A stretch of DNA of 64,000 nucleotides from the human T2T-CHM13v2.0 reference genome, Homo sapiens, in NCBI RefSeq assembly GCF_009914755.1, contig NC_060942.1; one strand, written 5' to 3'. Below, one piece after another: positions 51,661-64,000 of the stretch. The number at the start of each line of letters is the position of its first letter. Positions within the stretch are counted from its first letter, which is position 1. The translations under genes were made by a program, and so were the position numbers. The notes below the pieces were generated by a model. The model saw only the letters and a list, made by a program, of their open reading frames with translations. It was not told where the DNA came from and did no database searches.

Positions 51661-51986
51661 CTTTGCTTTTAAGCCTGTAGTCCTGATGTGGTCTTTAAGG
51701 ATGGTGAATGAGCTTTGTGCTGGGCGGACGTCCCCGAGACACTTCTCCAGGGGTAACTTCATCTCCTGGGACCACGGGCATCCAGGCTGGGGCACCTTCT
51801 CCTCAACCTGCCTGCCCCTCACCCGCCGTGGGAATGGCTCCTTTTCACTCATACAAAAAAAAAAAAAAATCATCTTACCTTTTTAACCTTTAGGGTGTTT
51901 TCTTAAAGAAAATACCATCCAGTTTGTTTCTTCAGTCCCTGAACCAGTAGAAGAGAAAGGCGTCCCCCACGCCATCCCCGGCTTCC

Positions 51987-52130
51987 TTTGTGGGTACAGG
52001 CCACTCCCCCCAGCTCGGAGAGGACAGAATTAGCAGTCATCCTGAATTTTACTGTATTTTGTGGGTACAGGCCACTCCCCACAGCTCGGAGGGGACAGTT
52101 AGCGGTCATCCTGAATTTTACTGTATTTTG
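51987..52130. repeat. About 71-bp tandem duplication
   Basis: tttgtgggtacaggccactcccc...gtcatcctgaattttactgtat twice (51987, 52058). Confidence 0.92.
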
Positions 52131-52512
52131 GGTAAGCTTAGCTAACATCAATAATCTTTTTATATTGCTTTTTTTCTAAAAACTGCAGAGATTCCTGTCA
52201 TCTGAGAGGGAAATTACACACTGGGCGCTAATTGCAAAAGCAGCTGCGTTCTCTTAGTAAAATCAGGGTGTTTTGGAAGGTTTCCATTTTCTCTGAATGT
52301 AAACAGCATTTGTAATAGACCAGATCCTAAGGAAGCCCTTGAATCCCCACGTTCACACCAAACTGTTGGGACTCCTTGTTTTTATCAGGCAAGCTCTGGA
52401 AAGGCCTCTCAAGATGTGGAAAATGGGGTTTTGCTGTAAAGTCGCTGTACCCTAAGAGTGTCTGTGAGACAGAGCTGCAGGGGTGATGTGCAGCCCCCAG
52501 CCCAGCCCTCGC

Positions 52513-52765
52513 GGGGAAGAGCCTCACGCTCTGTGACCCCCAGGATTGTGGGGAGGGCCTCATGCTCTGGGACCCCCGGGATTGTGGGGAAGAGCCTCAT
52601 GCTCTGGGACCCCCGGGATTGTGGGGAAGGGCCTCACGCTCTGGGACCCCCAGGATTGTGGGGAAGAGCCTCACGCTCTGGGACCCCCGGGATTGTGGGG
52701 AAGAGCCTCACGCTCTGGGACCCCCGGGATTGTGGGGAAGGGCCTCACGCTCTGGACCCCCCTGG
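52513..52765. repeat. 37-bp minisatellite (GGGAAGAGCCTCACGCTCTGGGACCCCCGGGATTGTG), about 7 copies
   Basis: Directly visible. Confidence 0.96.
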
Positions 52766-55700
52766 GGTTTACGTGGTCTGTGCCGCCCACACTTAGTGAG
52801 TCCAGCCCATTCTTGGAACAAAGTACAATATATCTTACAGAAGAAAATATTTTATCTTTTTCTGAAAATATAATGATTGAGTCCTAATTAAACTTCAAGC
52901 ATGGTTGACCAGAAATTGAATGTTTTAAAGAAAACCTAGGCCTTATAGAGAAGGATTGCTTTCCAGAGCAGTGCATTAATTTTTTTCTTATTTGCTCAGC
53001 ATGCGGCAGTCCCCACCGTGGGTTTGAGCAGCACTGACTTTAGCACAGATCACGTATCTCAGAGGCAGAAGGGGCGTGCGGGGAGCGTGCCTGCCCTTCA
53101 CAGGTGGGAGGTGGCGGCCCCCAGGACCGTGGCCACAGCATGAAGCCGGTGGGGCTGAGCCGCTCCTGCTACCTCCAGTCCACACCCCACCTGGCAGCCG
53201 GCCGTCCTGTCCTACCAGCCACACTCCTGCCTCGATTGGCCCCGGCTCCCCTCTCAGCATTGTGCCCAGCGTGGACATCTCTCCTGCACCCCCTGCCCAG
53301 TGTCTCGGCTGCACCCTCCACCCCCCATCTGCTCCAGCATGGCTCAACGCAGGCCAGGTTCCCCAGGCTCACCCTGGGCACCAGCCTTCGCCCGTTCTCC
53401 CTCTCTTTGCCTCCGTCGTCTCTTCTCTCCTGGACGTAGCACCATAGTCCCTGGGTGACCATCCCAGGTCCCCACAAGCACACTGACCAGCCCCACCAGC
53501 CCCCAGGGGCTCCCCGGCTCCCTGTCACCCCACCTGGTCCTGGGGGCTGCGACCGCAACCTGCACCAGACTGTGAGCCCCTCAGGCAGAGCCCCCAGGCT
53601 GCCGCAGGGCGAGATCCCCAGTGTTGACGCTGGGCCTACCTCGAGGCCACTGTCAGTGTGGTTGTTAAATAAATAATGAATAGAAACCAGCACCCAGGTA
53701 TCCGTGTTCCGTCCCGCGTGCCCGCTGCACTTCCTGCCTCTGCAACCCCGGCTGGGTCTGAGGACGCCGAGGCCGCTCCAGGACCTGCGTCCTCCGTGCT
53801 GTGCATCTGTGTCTTGGGGTCCAGCTCAGATGGCTTCTGCCACGTGGTCCGAGAGATAGTTGCCAGCTCTGCTTCTGCCGACCCTGGAGGTGGAGGCAGG
53901 ACGGGTGGGTGTGGGTGGAAGACAGCTGCTTAGCAAGCACCGCCCTGACTCAAAGCTGCTCTTGGCTTTTTCCCTTTTCTACACCGTCATCATGGGGTCG
54001 TTAGCAGTCTAGGTTTCCGCTGTGCCGATGAGCTTCGGGTCTGCATGCCCGGGGGTCACGGCAGTGAGGGGCGGACTCCTAGGGTTGTGAAATGTGCCGT
54101 TGAAATGCACAAGGTGACAACAGTGAACCCACTTACACTCCAGCTGTGGAATTCATTTCACGTACATGTTTGTAAAGTCAAGTCTCATTGTAGGTTTTCC
54201 TTCAAAATTGCCATCCCCACAGGCAGCACAGGGAGGCCCCTCCGAGAGCTCCAAGCATTTGGAATCCAGGTGCCCGAGGTGTCCGGTGCTTGTGGGGGGC
54301 GGGCTGGGGACACGCCTTGGCCACCAGCCGCCCGCACTCCTCGTCTCAGTGCCAAAGGCATCCTCCGATGACTCGGCCGAAGATGAGCTCAGTCCGCAGC
54401 CCCTGTCCCGGCCCCGCCTCCCGTCTTCAGGGGGCCTCACGTCTCCTTTTGAGTCAGAAGGTCGCAGTGGTCGGCCTCCGGGAATCAGGCATCTGAGTGC
54501 AGGGGGCCCCCGGGCTCAGGTGGGGCTGACACCTCTGGCTGATGGTCTGTGATGGGGCCCAGAGGGAGAGTTCCCTTCACCCTCCCTGGGGCGGGGGGCA
54601 GGCATTAAATGGGGAGAAGTTCCCAGCAGAATGTATGAGCCCCATGAACGGAGTGGGCATAGCCCTCGGGGAGTCCTGCCGGCCGCCCCTCCTGACATCC
54701 CGGGGTGCTGCCCGGTGAGGAAAGTGAAAATGTTGTCTGCAGTTAGAGGCTGGAACACACATGCCCACAGAGAGGCTTCCTGAGCGGCTTGTCTGTCACT
54801 GTTTTTGTGTAACTGCGCCTGAATTTAATCTCCCGGAAGGCGCGTTAGGAGGGCTGAGGGATGATCTGGTGCCAGGAAGGTTGGCAGTTCCGAGAGGTTA
54901 TTCCAGCACGTCAGCATTAAAGGAGAGAGGCGAACCTGGAACGTGGGAACCCTGCCCAGGTCTGGTTAGAAAGGCGGCGTCCGCGTGGCCTGGGGCTTGT
55001 GTGAGGGGTGCACTTGTGCCCCCAGATACAAGCAGGCAGGGCCGGGAATCTGTCTCGTGGGGGGCTGCGGGCACTTTGGAGAAAGAAAACCAAGTTACAA
55101 ACTCAAAATTACCTACCAAAGTCAGTATTTTTTTAAACGAGAAAATAAAACATGACAAATGCCAGGTCTTTTTGTCTGAAGTCGTTTTAGTCGGTTACCT
55201 GGAAACGCTCCCAGGGCCCCTGAGCTGGGGACACGGAGCTCTTCCCCCATCAGTGCCCAGGAGAAGCTGCTCCCGGCCCTAGGTCCCTGTGGGAACACAC
55301 AGCCAGCCCTGCCTCTGTGGGGGTCCCTTTCGTGGCCAGAGCCCCCTTCCTCAGGGGACACGCGGTCCAGCTGAGGGTCATCCCGTGACAAGGAGTGGCT
55401 GCTGTGATGACCCAGGCACAGAAACAGCTTTGACCACAGAACGTGACATCCAGGGTGTGAAGGTGTCGGAACAGATCTGCCTCGGGATCTGGGGGTCCTT
55501 CACCAGGGGTGGGCGTGGGCCCCGAGCCCAGACAGGAGCCAGCTGGAGACTCAAACGTCACGAAGAAGGGAAGACGCGCTTCCCTCCCCCGGTACTAACC
55601 AGCCCTTCTGCTGGCCCTGCAACGATGACCTAGGCTTGAGAATCTGTTTCTGCCTCAAGGGGTAGAAAGGGGAATAGATTCCATTACTTCCCTGTTTGCA

Positions 55701-57030
55701 ATGGATTATTAAATCCAGCAATAACTGTGGCATCGGAGAGGTGTTGGTACAGAGGGAGCCGGGGTCCTGTGGCCTTGGGTCCACCCCAGCGATCATCACG
55801 GGAGAGAGCTGCTTAGGGTGTGAGCCGTGGGGGGGCGGGGGGCGGCTGTGAAACTGAGGTCCCCGTGCACAGATCCCACCACCCAGGGTCGACAGCTGGG
55901 GGCTTTCTCTGCTGGCACTTCCCAGGCAGCAGAACCGGCCCCTCTAGGAAGCCCCCTCCAGGTGGCGTGGCCCAGGCCCTCAGTAAGCTCAGCTGGGGCT
56001 GTGTGAGCTGAGGGGCTCAGAGCACCCCACAAGGGATCCGCCTGATTGCAGACAAGCAGTTCTGGGCCGCCGCCCGACCTCCATGCCCTTCTGCTCAGCC
56101 CGGCAGCCTCTCCTTCCCAGGGGTTTCCCATTCTGCCTTTTCCCTGGACTTTCCAACTCACTTTGTCCAAGTCCACTGCATGTAAAGCTTGATCCTGAAA
56201 CAGTGAAGTTCTTGAGGTCTCTGCAGATGCTCAGCGGCCCCAAATCACCCTTTCGCTGCCATTGGCCAAAAGCACAGCCTGGGTGGGCCTTGAACACCTG
56301 TGGCCTCTTCCCCTCCCCCTCCCCTCACCCCACACACTTGGAGACACCCTGGGGCTGGGCCTGAGCTCGGCTCTCACTGCAGAGTAAACCTGCCCACCTC
56401 AGACACCCAGGCATGGCTCCCGCCTTCCCTCATCTGATCCTGCCACCGTGGCGGCTGCCTCCAAGCTCCTGACAACGTCAGGTCAGCCCTGGCCTCGCGG
56501 CGCTCTGGGTTTCAGCCTTAAGAGACTTTCCATGTGTCGGCTGTGGGCGCCTTGACGCACCAGGGCCTGGTCACAGGTTCTCAAAGCAGAGATTCTCCTG
56601 GCACCCCTCGTGCGCCCTCCAAGGGCCTAAAACGCAGACGACCCACACTCCATGCCATGTCCTGCACAGGAACCAGGGTGGCCTCCCCTTTCTGCAGCTT
56701 GTGGGGGTCAAGCCGGGACCCCTACACTGATGTTTCAGCCCAGCTCTGCCGCAGCTTAGAAGTCCTACCTGATTTCAGACAGAGCGGATGATGCTGACAT
56801 TTCCAGCCCACAGCGTGGCCTGCGCCACGCTCCAGGTCGCCACAGGGGTGAGAATTCTGGGAGCCCAGCTGCCGAGTGCTTCTGGGGTTGGAGCTGGGCT
56901 GGCCCCACCTGTGAACAGCGGCCTGTGGGCCCCTCATCCCTGTTCTACTGAAGGCCCCACAACCACCTGAGGGAGACAGCTTTTATTAAATTTCAGTTTT
57001 TGTCGGTTGCCTCGCTCTTCAGACGGCAAG

Positions 57031-59347
57031 TGAGAGAAGCGTGTTCTCACGCTTACTGTCAACGTTGCGAGGGAAGCGTGTTCTCATGCTCACTGTCAAC
57101 ATTGTAAACCTGAGGGAAGCGTGTTCTCAGCTCATTGTCGACGTAAACCCCAGGGAAGCGTGTTCTCACGCTCACTATCGACGTAAACCTGAGGGAAGCG
57201 TGTTCTCGCGCTCACTGTCGACGTAAACCTGAGGGAAGCGTGTTCTCGCGCTCACTGTCGACGTTGTAAACCTGAGGGAAGCGTGTTCTCACACTCACTG
57301 TTGACGTTGCAAGGGAAGCGTGTTCTCGCGCTCACTGTCGACGTTGTAAACCTGAGGGAAGCGTGTTCTCACACTCACTGTCGACGTTGCAAGGGAAGCG
57401 TGTTCTCACACTCACTGTCGACGTTGTGAGGGAAGTGTATTCTCACGCTGTCGACATAAACCTGAGGGAAGCGTGTTCTCACGCTCACTGTTGACGTAAA
57501 CCTGAGGGAAGTGTGTTCTCACACTCACTGTCAACGTTGTAAACCTGAGGGAAGCGTGTTCTCACACTCACTGTCGACGTTGTGAGGGAAGCGTGTTCTC
57601 ACGCTCACTGTCGACATTGTAAACCTGAGGGAAGCGTGTTCTCGCGCTCACTGTCGACGTTGCGAGGGAAGCGTTTTCACACTCACTGTCGACGTAAACC
57701 TGAGGGAAGCGTGTTCTCACGCTCGCTGTCAACGTAAACCTGAGGGAAGCGTGTTCTCACGCTCACTGTCGACGTTGTAAACCTGAGGGAAGCGTGTTCT
57801 CACGCTCGCTGTCGACGTTGTAAACCTGAGGGAAGCGTGTTCTCACGCTCGCTGTCGACGTAAACCTGAGGGAAGCGTGTTCTCATGCTCACTGTCGACG
57901 TTGTAAACCTGAGGGAAGCGTGTTCTCGCGCTCACTGTCGACGTAAACCTGAGGGAAGCGTGTTCTCACGCTCACTGTCGACATTGTAAACCTGAGGGAA
58001 GCGTGTTCTCGCGCTCACTGTCGACGTTGTAAACCTGAGGGAAGCGTGTTCTCACGCTCACCGTCGACGTAAACCTGAGGGAAGCGTGTTCTCTCACTGT
58101 CAACTTTGCAAGGGAAGCGTGTTCTCGCGCTCACTGTCGACGTTGTAAACCTGAGGGAAGCGTGTTCTCACACTCACTGTCGACGTTGCAAGGGAAGCGT
58201 GTTCTCACACTCACTGTCGACATTGTGAGGGAAGTGTATTCTCACGCTGTCGACATAAACCTGAGGGAAGCGTGTTCTCACGCTCACTGTTGACGTAAAC
58301 CTGAGGGAAGTGTGTTCTCACACTCACTGTCAACGTTGTAAACCTGAGGGAAGCGTGTTCTCACACTCACTGTCGACGTTGTGAGGGAAGCGTGTTCTCA
58401 CGCTCACTGTCGACATTGTAAACCTGAGGGAAGCGTGTTCTCACGCTCACTGTCGACGTTGCGAGGGAAGCGTTTTCACACTGTCGACGTAAACCTGAGG
58501 GAAGCGTGTTCTCACGCTCGCTGTCAACGTAAACCTGAGGGAAGCGTGTTCTCACGCTCACTGTCGACGTTGTAAACCTGAGGGAAGCGTGTTCTCACGC
58601 TCGCTGTCAACGTAAACCTGAGGGAAGCGTGTTCTCACGCTCACTGTCGACGTAAACCTGAGGGAAGCGTGTTCTCACGCTCGCTGTCGACGTAAACCTG
58701 AGGGAAGCGTGTTCTCACGCTCACTGTCGACGTTGTAAACCTGAGGGAAGTGTGTTCTCACACTCACTCGACGTGAGGGAAGCGTGTTCTCACGCTCACT
58801 GTCGACATTGTAAACCTGAGGGAAGCATGTTCTCACACTCACTGTCGACGTTGTAAACCTGAGGGAAGCGTGTTCTCACGCTCACCGTCGACGTTGTAAA
58901 CCTGAGGGAAGTGTGTTCTCACGCTCACCGTCGACGTTGTAAACCTGAGGGAAGCGTGTTCTCACGCTCACTGTCAACGTTGTAAACCTGAGGGAAGCGT
59001 GTTCTCACGTTCACTGTCAACGTTGTGAGGGAAGGGTGTTTTCACGCTCACTGTCGACGTTGCGAGGGAAGCGTGTTCTCACGCTCACCGTCGACGTTGT
59101 AAACCCGAGGGAAGCGTGTTCTCACGCTCACTGTCAACGTTGTGAGGGAAGGGTGTTTTCACGCTCACTGTCGACGTTGCGATGGAAGCGTGTTCTCATG
59201 CTCACCGTCGACACTGTAAACCTGAGTGAAGTGTGTTCTCACGCTCACTGTCGACGTTGCGAGGGAAGCGTGTTCTCATGCTCACTGTCGACGTTGTGAG
59301 GGAAGCGTGTTCTCACGCTCACTGTCAACGTTGTAAACCTGAGGGAA
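57031..59347. repeat. 2.3-kb CpG-rich minisatellite with 37/40/43-bp unit variants (GTAAACCTGAGGGAAGCGTGTTCTCACGCTCACTGTCGAC[GTT]), roughly 55-60 copies
   Basis: Directly visible; no unique spacers between units. Confidence 0.98.
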
Positions 59348-59829
59348 AGGAATTCTCTCTCACATGCTGTGGGGTGCTGGCCCCACCAGGCCTCCCAGGA
59401 GACCTCCCCAAAAGTCAGAAGAAGGGCTCCAATTGAAAGGGAGGTCCGAGATGTGCTCGCCAAAACCACCCCCAGCAAGACGCCAGGCATCCTAGCCACC
59501 CGACGCTCAGGCCGTGCGTGTCCTCAGAGCGTGTTTTAAAGCAGGAGGGATTTGGGGTGGAAGATTGCTCCTGCAGAAATCAGAGATGAGGGGAGTAAAT
59601 TAGGGAACCAGCGTCAGGATCCAGACTTCTGTGAAAGAGCCACAGGGCTCAGCATCCGACGGGCGCACCTGGGGCTGGGCGAGTCTGGCTCCAGAAGGGG
59701 GGTGGGGCCGGGAGCCTGAGATGGGATGAGAGGGCGGGAAGGGGCTTGTTGAGAAATCTAAGGGCCACGGGCCACCAAAAACAAACCAGGAGGTGTGAGT
59801 CAGTGGGGAGGCTGGGTGCCAGGAAGCCT

Positions 59830-60090
59830 GCGCTCTGGGACATGCGTGGGGCAAGAGGGGCGCCCTGAGCTTGGCGACGCCAGCCGCGCGCCTGGGAGGG
59901 ATCCGCCTGTCCACGTGCAGCCGCCTCCGGGCGGCGTCGGCCATGCTGCTGCCCCACCGTGGCTCTGTGGCTCCAGCCGGAATGGCAAAGCCTGGCTCCA
60001 CAGCTGCCTGGGAGCGTGAGTCACGCGCCCCACAGAACACGGCGGGCAGCGCGGGCGAGGATTGGCGAAAGCCGACCGATGTGTTTTGGC
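59830..60090. promoter_or_regulatory. Intragenic CpG-rich patch (candidate regulatory element)
   Basis: Dense CpGs (ggcgacgccagccgcgcgcc, ccgggcggcgtcggcc, cggcgggcagcgcgggcg). Contains CACGTG, TGAGTCA (twice, including one just upstream near 59796) and ATTGG motifs. Confidence 0.4.
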
Positions 60091-61164
60091 TTGTGTGGTC
60101 TGTGGGAGCGTCCTTTGTCATCAGCCTAATTGGGCAACAGATCCCACCTCACTGTGCCCTGGAGCAGCACGGGGCCACCACACAGCCTGAGGCCCCACTT
60201 GCGCTTCCCCTCGCTGCCGTGCTGTCCTGGCCCCGTCGCTGCCACCTGAGACCCCCATCAAGTACCTGAGCTCTGCGTCTGTTTTCACGCTTCTGTATGT
60301 GTAGGAAGCCCCCCACCGATGTTGCTCGGGGTCGACGTGATAAACCTGAGGGAAAGGGAATTCTCTCACCCCGACCGACACACAGGATGGGTGTGGGGGC
60401 AAAGTGAGATCATGAACAAAAGCATCTGGGCCCGTCCTGGACACATGGCCAGGGTTAGCCACGGTTGTCAGCCTCCACGGAGCTGCAGTTTCAGCCTGGA
60501 GGTCTGTGGCGTGCATGGTTGGAATACTCACCAGACTCACGTGGTCGTGACTCCGGAAGATCATGCCTTCCTGGAAACCTTGGAACGCGCTTCAGCAGAA
60601 ACTCCAGTGAAGAGTCGGTGAGAGAGCACAAATTCCCAAAGGCGGATGGAGTTTGGAAGGACCCTTCTCTGTCTCCCACATCAGGCGGTGCCTGGTTGGT
60701 GCAGATTTACCCCATGGTGGGCCGTGGATCCCTCACCTGCTCTGGAAACTGATCTTGGCTCTGAACAAGGAGAAATGATGCCTCTCAGCCTCGAGGGATG
60801 GGTGATAAGGCAGCTTCATCCGCTGTTTTCTTTCATTGTTTGAGAAAAGTCATGCCCCGGAGGTGTCATTCCTGGTTGTTTATGTTGATGGCAAAACTTG
60901 GACTTTCTTGTCATACAGCAAACAGAAGACAATCTGATCTTTGTTTTCCAGGGGTTTAGACTTTGAACAAAACCTCTTTTGTCCAGTACTGTAGTGCATC
61001 CCTGGTAGAGTAATTCAAGCTGAACACAAGGTTGCATAAAAATGTGGGCATGGGGGAGCAGGGAACTGTCTTGGGATCATTCTTTGCTGTGCACAGCAGC
61101 TGCAGCCTGCAGGCAGCTCAGCGTTAGATCTCCCCACCCCCAATGCCACCTGGGGACCAGATGT

Positions 61165-61387
61165 TACTGTTGGCGGAAGAAGGGGGTCCGGGGCACTGTC
61201 TCAGTCTTTGGGGCTTCCATGGTGGAGCACTACCGGCCGTACTGTTGGTGGAAGAAGGGAGTCCGGGGCACTGTCTCAGTCTTCGGGGCTTCCATAGTGG
61301 AGCACCACCGGCCGTACTGTTGGCAGAAGAAGGGGGTCCGGGGCACTGTCTCAGTCTTTGGGGCTTCCATAGTGGAGCACCACCGGC
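61165..61387. repeat. 75-bp tandem repeat x3 overlapping an LTR terminus
   Basis: Units start at 61165, 61240 and 61315; 25-aa periodicity in ORF 61042..61401. Confidence 0.95.
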
Positions 61388-61709
61388 TGGGCACCTTGTA
61401 AACAACAGACATTGATTTCTCACAGCTCTGGGGGCTGGAAGTCCGAGGTTGGGACTGGTACGGTCGGGTTCTGGTGAGGACCATTCCAAGTTGCAGACAG
61501 CCAAAATCCTGCCATATCCTCACATGGCAGGACAGGCGATTTGTCTCTCCCTCCCTGTGGGACGGCAGTCCCGTTGGATCAGGGCCCCACCCTGATGACA
61601 TTGTTTAACCCCCAGTTACCTCCTGCAAACACCACTCTCAAGTAGAGTCACGCGGACGGGGGTTAGGGCTTCAACATGAGGTTGAGGGGACACGAGTCCG
61701 TCCATAGCA
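61347..61709 (-). mobile_element. MaLR solo LTR (MLT1A/MLT1B-like)
   Basis: TG...CA termini (tgtctcagtc...catagca), with hallmark blocks taaacaacagacattgatttctcacagctctgggggctggaagtcc, tctggtgagg, cctcacatggc and ggggttagggcttcaacat. Confidence 0.85.
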
Positions 61710-64000
61710 GTGACCCCACTTGTCTAAAGCCACAGGGCTGAGCCTGCCCCCTGCCCCCCTGCCTGCCCATCCCCAGGCCCCCGTTCTTGCCCCCAGGCCC
61801 CCCCCCCGCCCACCCCCAGGTGCTCCCTGTGCTGCAGACAGAGCCCCCGAGGAGCCAGGAGCTGCCGGGCACCAACCACACAGGAAGCCAACAGGTGGGG
61901 CAGGCTTGTGCCTGCCACCGTGTTGCTCATGCCGATTTTTATTCTCAGATCTTGTCACCTCTGTCTTGTAGCAGAAGGGGGCCCTGATCTGGGAGCCGTG
62001 AAGACCCCAGCTGTCCCCCGGGAGCCAGGCCACACCAAGGCAGCCAAGGGGACTACGTTGGGAGGAGGATGTGGTCCGGGCCATTAAGAGCTGTGATGAG
62101 CCCCCAGGTCTGCCCTGGGTGAGGGGCTCTGCCTGCCCTGGGGCTGCATAGACCCGGCTGGGGCTTTAGAACAGGAACCGTTCGAGGGGCTGCGGTGGGT
62201 GAAGCCCACTCATGTCCTGGCTCCTGTTACCGGGTAGGGATGGCAGCCCATTTTCCAGGCTTGGGGGTTCTTTAAGAGGCCAGGATTGTGCCGAATGCTC
62301 TTTGGCTGACGATGGCCGTGGCGGGGGCTTTGGGAGGGGAGGTCCTGGAGGAGAGGCTTGCCCAGCTCACTGCCTGCGTCTGTGGCCAGAATTGGCACCT
62401 GCATGGGGCCTGGAAACGTCGTGCTCACCTGGGGCGGAAGCCCCCCTCCAGGACTCAGCTCCCAACGTCACTGCTACCGAGGCAGAGACTCTGCAGCGGC
62501 ATCAGAGAGAAGCTGGGCCCCAGAACAGCACCAGGCATGGGACGGGCCCTCCGTGCCTTCCACGGAGGATGCAAGCGTGAGGCCTGGGTCTGCGGGGACG
62601 GTTTACCTGTCAGCTCTGCACGCCGCTGACCACTGCGCGCCGCCTCCACAGACAGTCCCCATGGACGCTGGGGCTGCCGTGGACGATGGGGCAGCCATCA
62701 TGGACAACGGGACTGCCATGGACACCGCAGCCAGCCTGCTCTGTGGGAATATGCTTTGTAAAGCCAGCCGGCCCTGAGGCCAGCACTCGCCTTCCACACT
62801 CTGCTCTTTGTAACGAGTTTCATAAACTCACCCTCAGGTGATTGGTGTTTCTGTTGCACCGTTGCTTAGCCTGAAAATGAGCTGCCCTTTTTCTGAGCCC
62901 ATCCTTTCGCCACCTCTACCCCAGCCCCTCATGGCTGATATCAGGAGGTAGCCAGAGGCCGCCTGGTGCAGGGTGAGCCCGGAACACGGGCAACAGCTTG
63001 AACTGGGCCTGTGCGGCCCCCTCCACGGGCGACAGCGTGAACTGGGCCTGTGCGGCCCCCCTCCACGGGTGAGACTCCCAGGCGCTCTTGCAGACGCTCA
63101 CTCACTTTCTCACTGATAGGATGCGTCTTACGAGGCTCTGATTTACAGAGCAGGCATCCATCTTCTCTGAAACCCACACAAAAAGCACAGTTTAGGCCAA
63201 GCCCAGGTGCAGTATGTTCGTGTGTTTAAGCTTCTTAGATGCTGGGGTGTGGAAGCAGCCGTGTGGCTTTCCTTTGCTTGTGAAGGTGAGTTTGCACTTT
63301 CCAGCTTCTCTCTGTATTGGGAAGGCTGCAGCTCTCCAGGACATGACTTAGCAGAGAACATCCCGCTGCATCCTCATAGGCCAGCGGGTCAGGCGGGGCC
63401 ATTCTGAAACGTCCCCTGTGGGTGCCGGGTGCCTCGCGCATCCCTGCCGTCCACCGCCCTTTGTCCCTGGCTGTGCTTCGCGGCAGTGCCCCTTAGGGCA
63501 AGGACAGGGAGATGGGGCAGTCGCCTGGGGAAGGCCCGGTCCCGGTGGGAGGCAGCCTCAGAGCAGCTGGGATGGCACAAGACGCCGCTGCCAGGGCTGA
63601 GAAACCATCCGGCCAACCCCAGACTTGAGCCAGACTTCATGGGCAAGGCTGGGAGAAGCCGCGTGGAGACCCCAGCCCAGGGAGGGGCACTGTGGCAGGA
63701 ACAGGGCCCGCACCTGCAGGGTCAGCCCAGGCCACCTTCCAAGCACGGTGACCACGTCGCAGCTCATGCTGCCAGCTCCGGGCCAAGGGACCTGGACTGG
63801 CTCTCCAGACTCACAAGATGCCGTCGTGGGTGGGGCACGTGCGGTGATCCCAGGTTTCAAGTAGCTGCCCCCAGCTCCCTGCAAATAGCTCTGGGCGGAA
63901 GAGAAGCAGTGGGCAGGCACACGAGTTTATTCCTGAGAGGAGCGTGTTGCCACAGCCTCTGTGGACTGGAGCCCCAGGCTTCAGAAAGAGAGGGAGCGCC

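Noticed and set aside
51855-51869. A15 run as a possible polyA end or retrocopy tail
   Set aside because: Genomic A-tract with no adjacent upstream AATAAA or retroelement body; more likely an oligo-dT internal-priming hazard.
57031-59347. CRISPR-like array of 37-43-bp palindromic repeats
   Set aside because: Units are head-to-tail with no unique spacers, no cas genes are present, and the context is a primate intron; it is a minisatellite.
51700-64000. Further NFATC1 coding exon (exon 9 of long isoforms)
   Set aside because: No NFAT-like peptide with proper splice sites seen; presumably downstream of the window.

Overview
Primate (very likely human, 18q23) genomic DNA inside the NFATC1 gene, transcribed on the + strand. 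Six coding exons (conventionally exons 3-8) encode the Rel-homology DNA-binding domain: 17281-17440, 32491-32693, 34663-34835, 35385-35525, 44988-45043 and 51127-51259. All have AG/GT boundaries and mutually consistent phases. Exon 8 can read through its donor into the short isoform-A C-terminus ([19 protein letters not shown], stop 51316-51318), with an AATAAA at 51655-51660. The rest is GC-rich intron with about 12 Alus or Alu fragments, old GC-shifted transposon fossils (Tigger3a-like, L1M, MLT1A-like) and a very high density of minisatellites and two-copy micro-duplications. Almost all ORFs in the supplied track are spurious. I find no prokaryote-type novel system such as CRISPR. The best hypothesis-level signals are two unrelated intronic VNTRs that both multiply the NFAT core TGGAAA (sharing the 10-mer TGGAAACGCG) inside the NFAT gene itself, and a 2.3-kb CpG-rich hairpin-unit VNTR with a higher-order duplication and an orphan seed-like copy.
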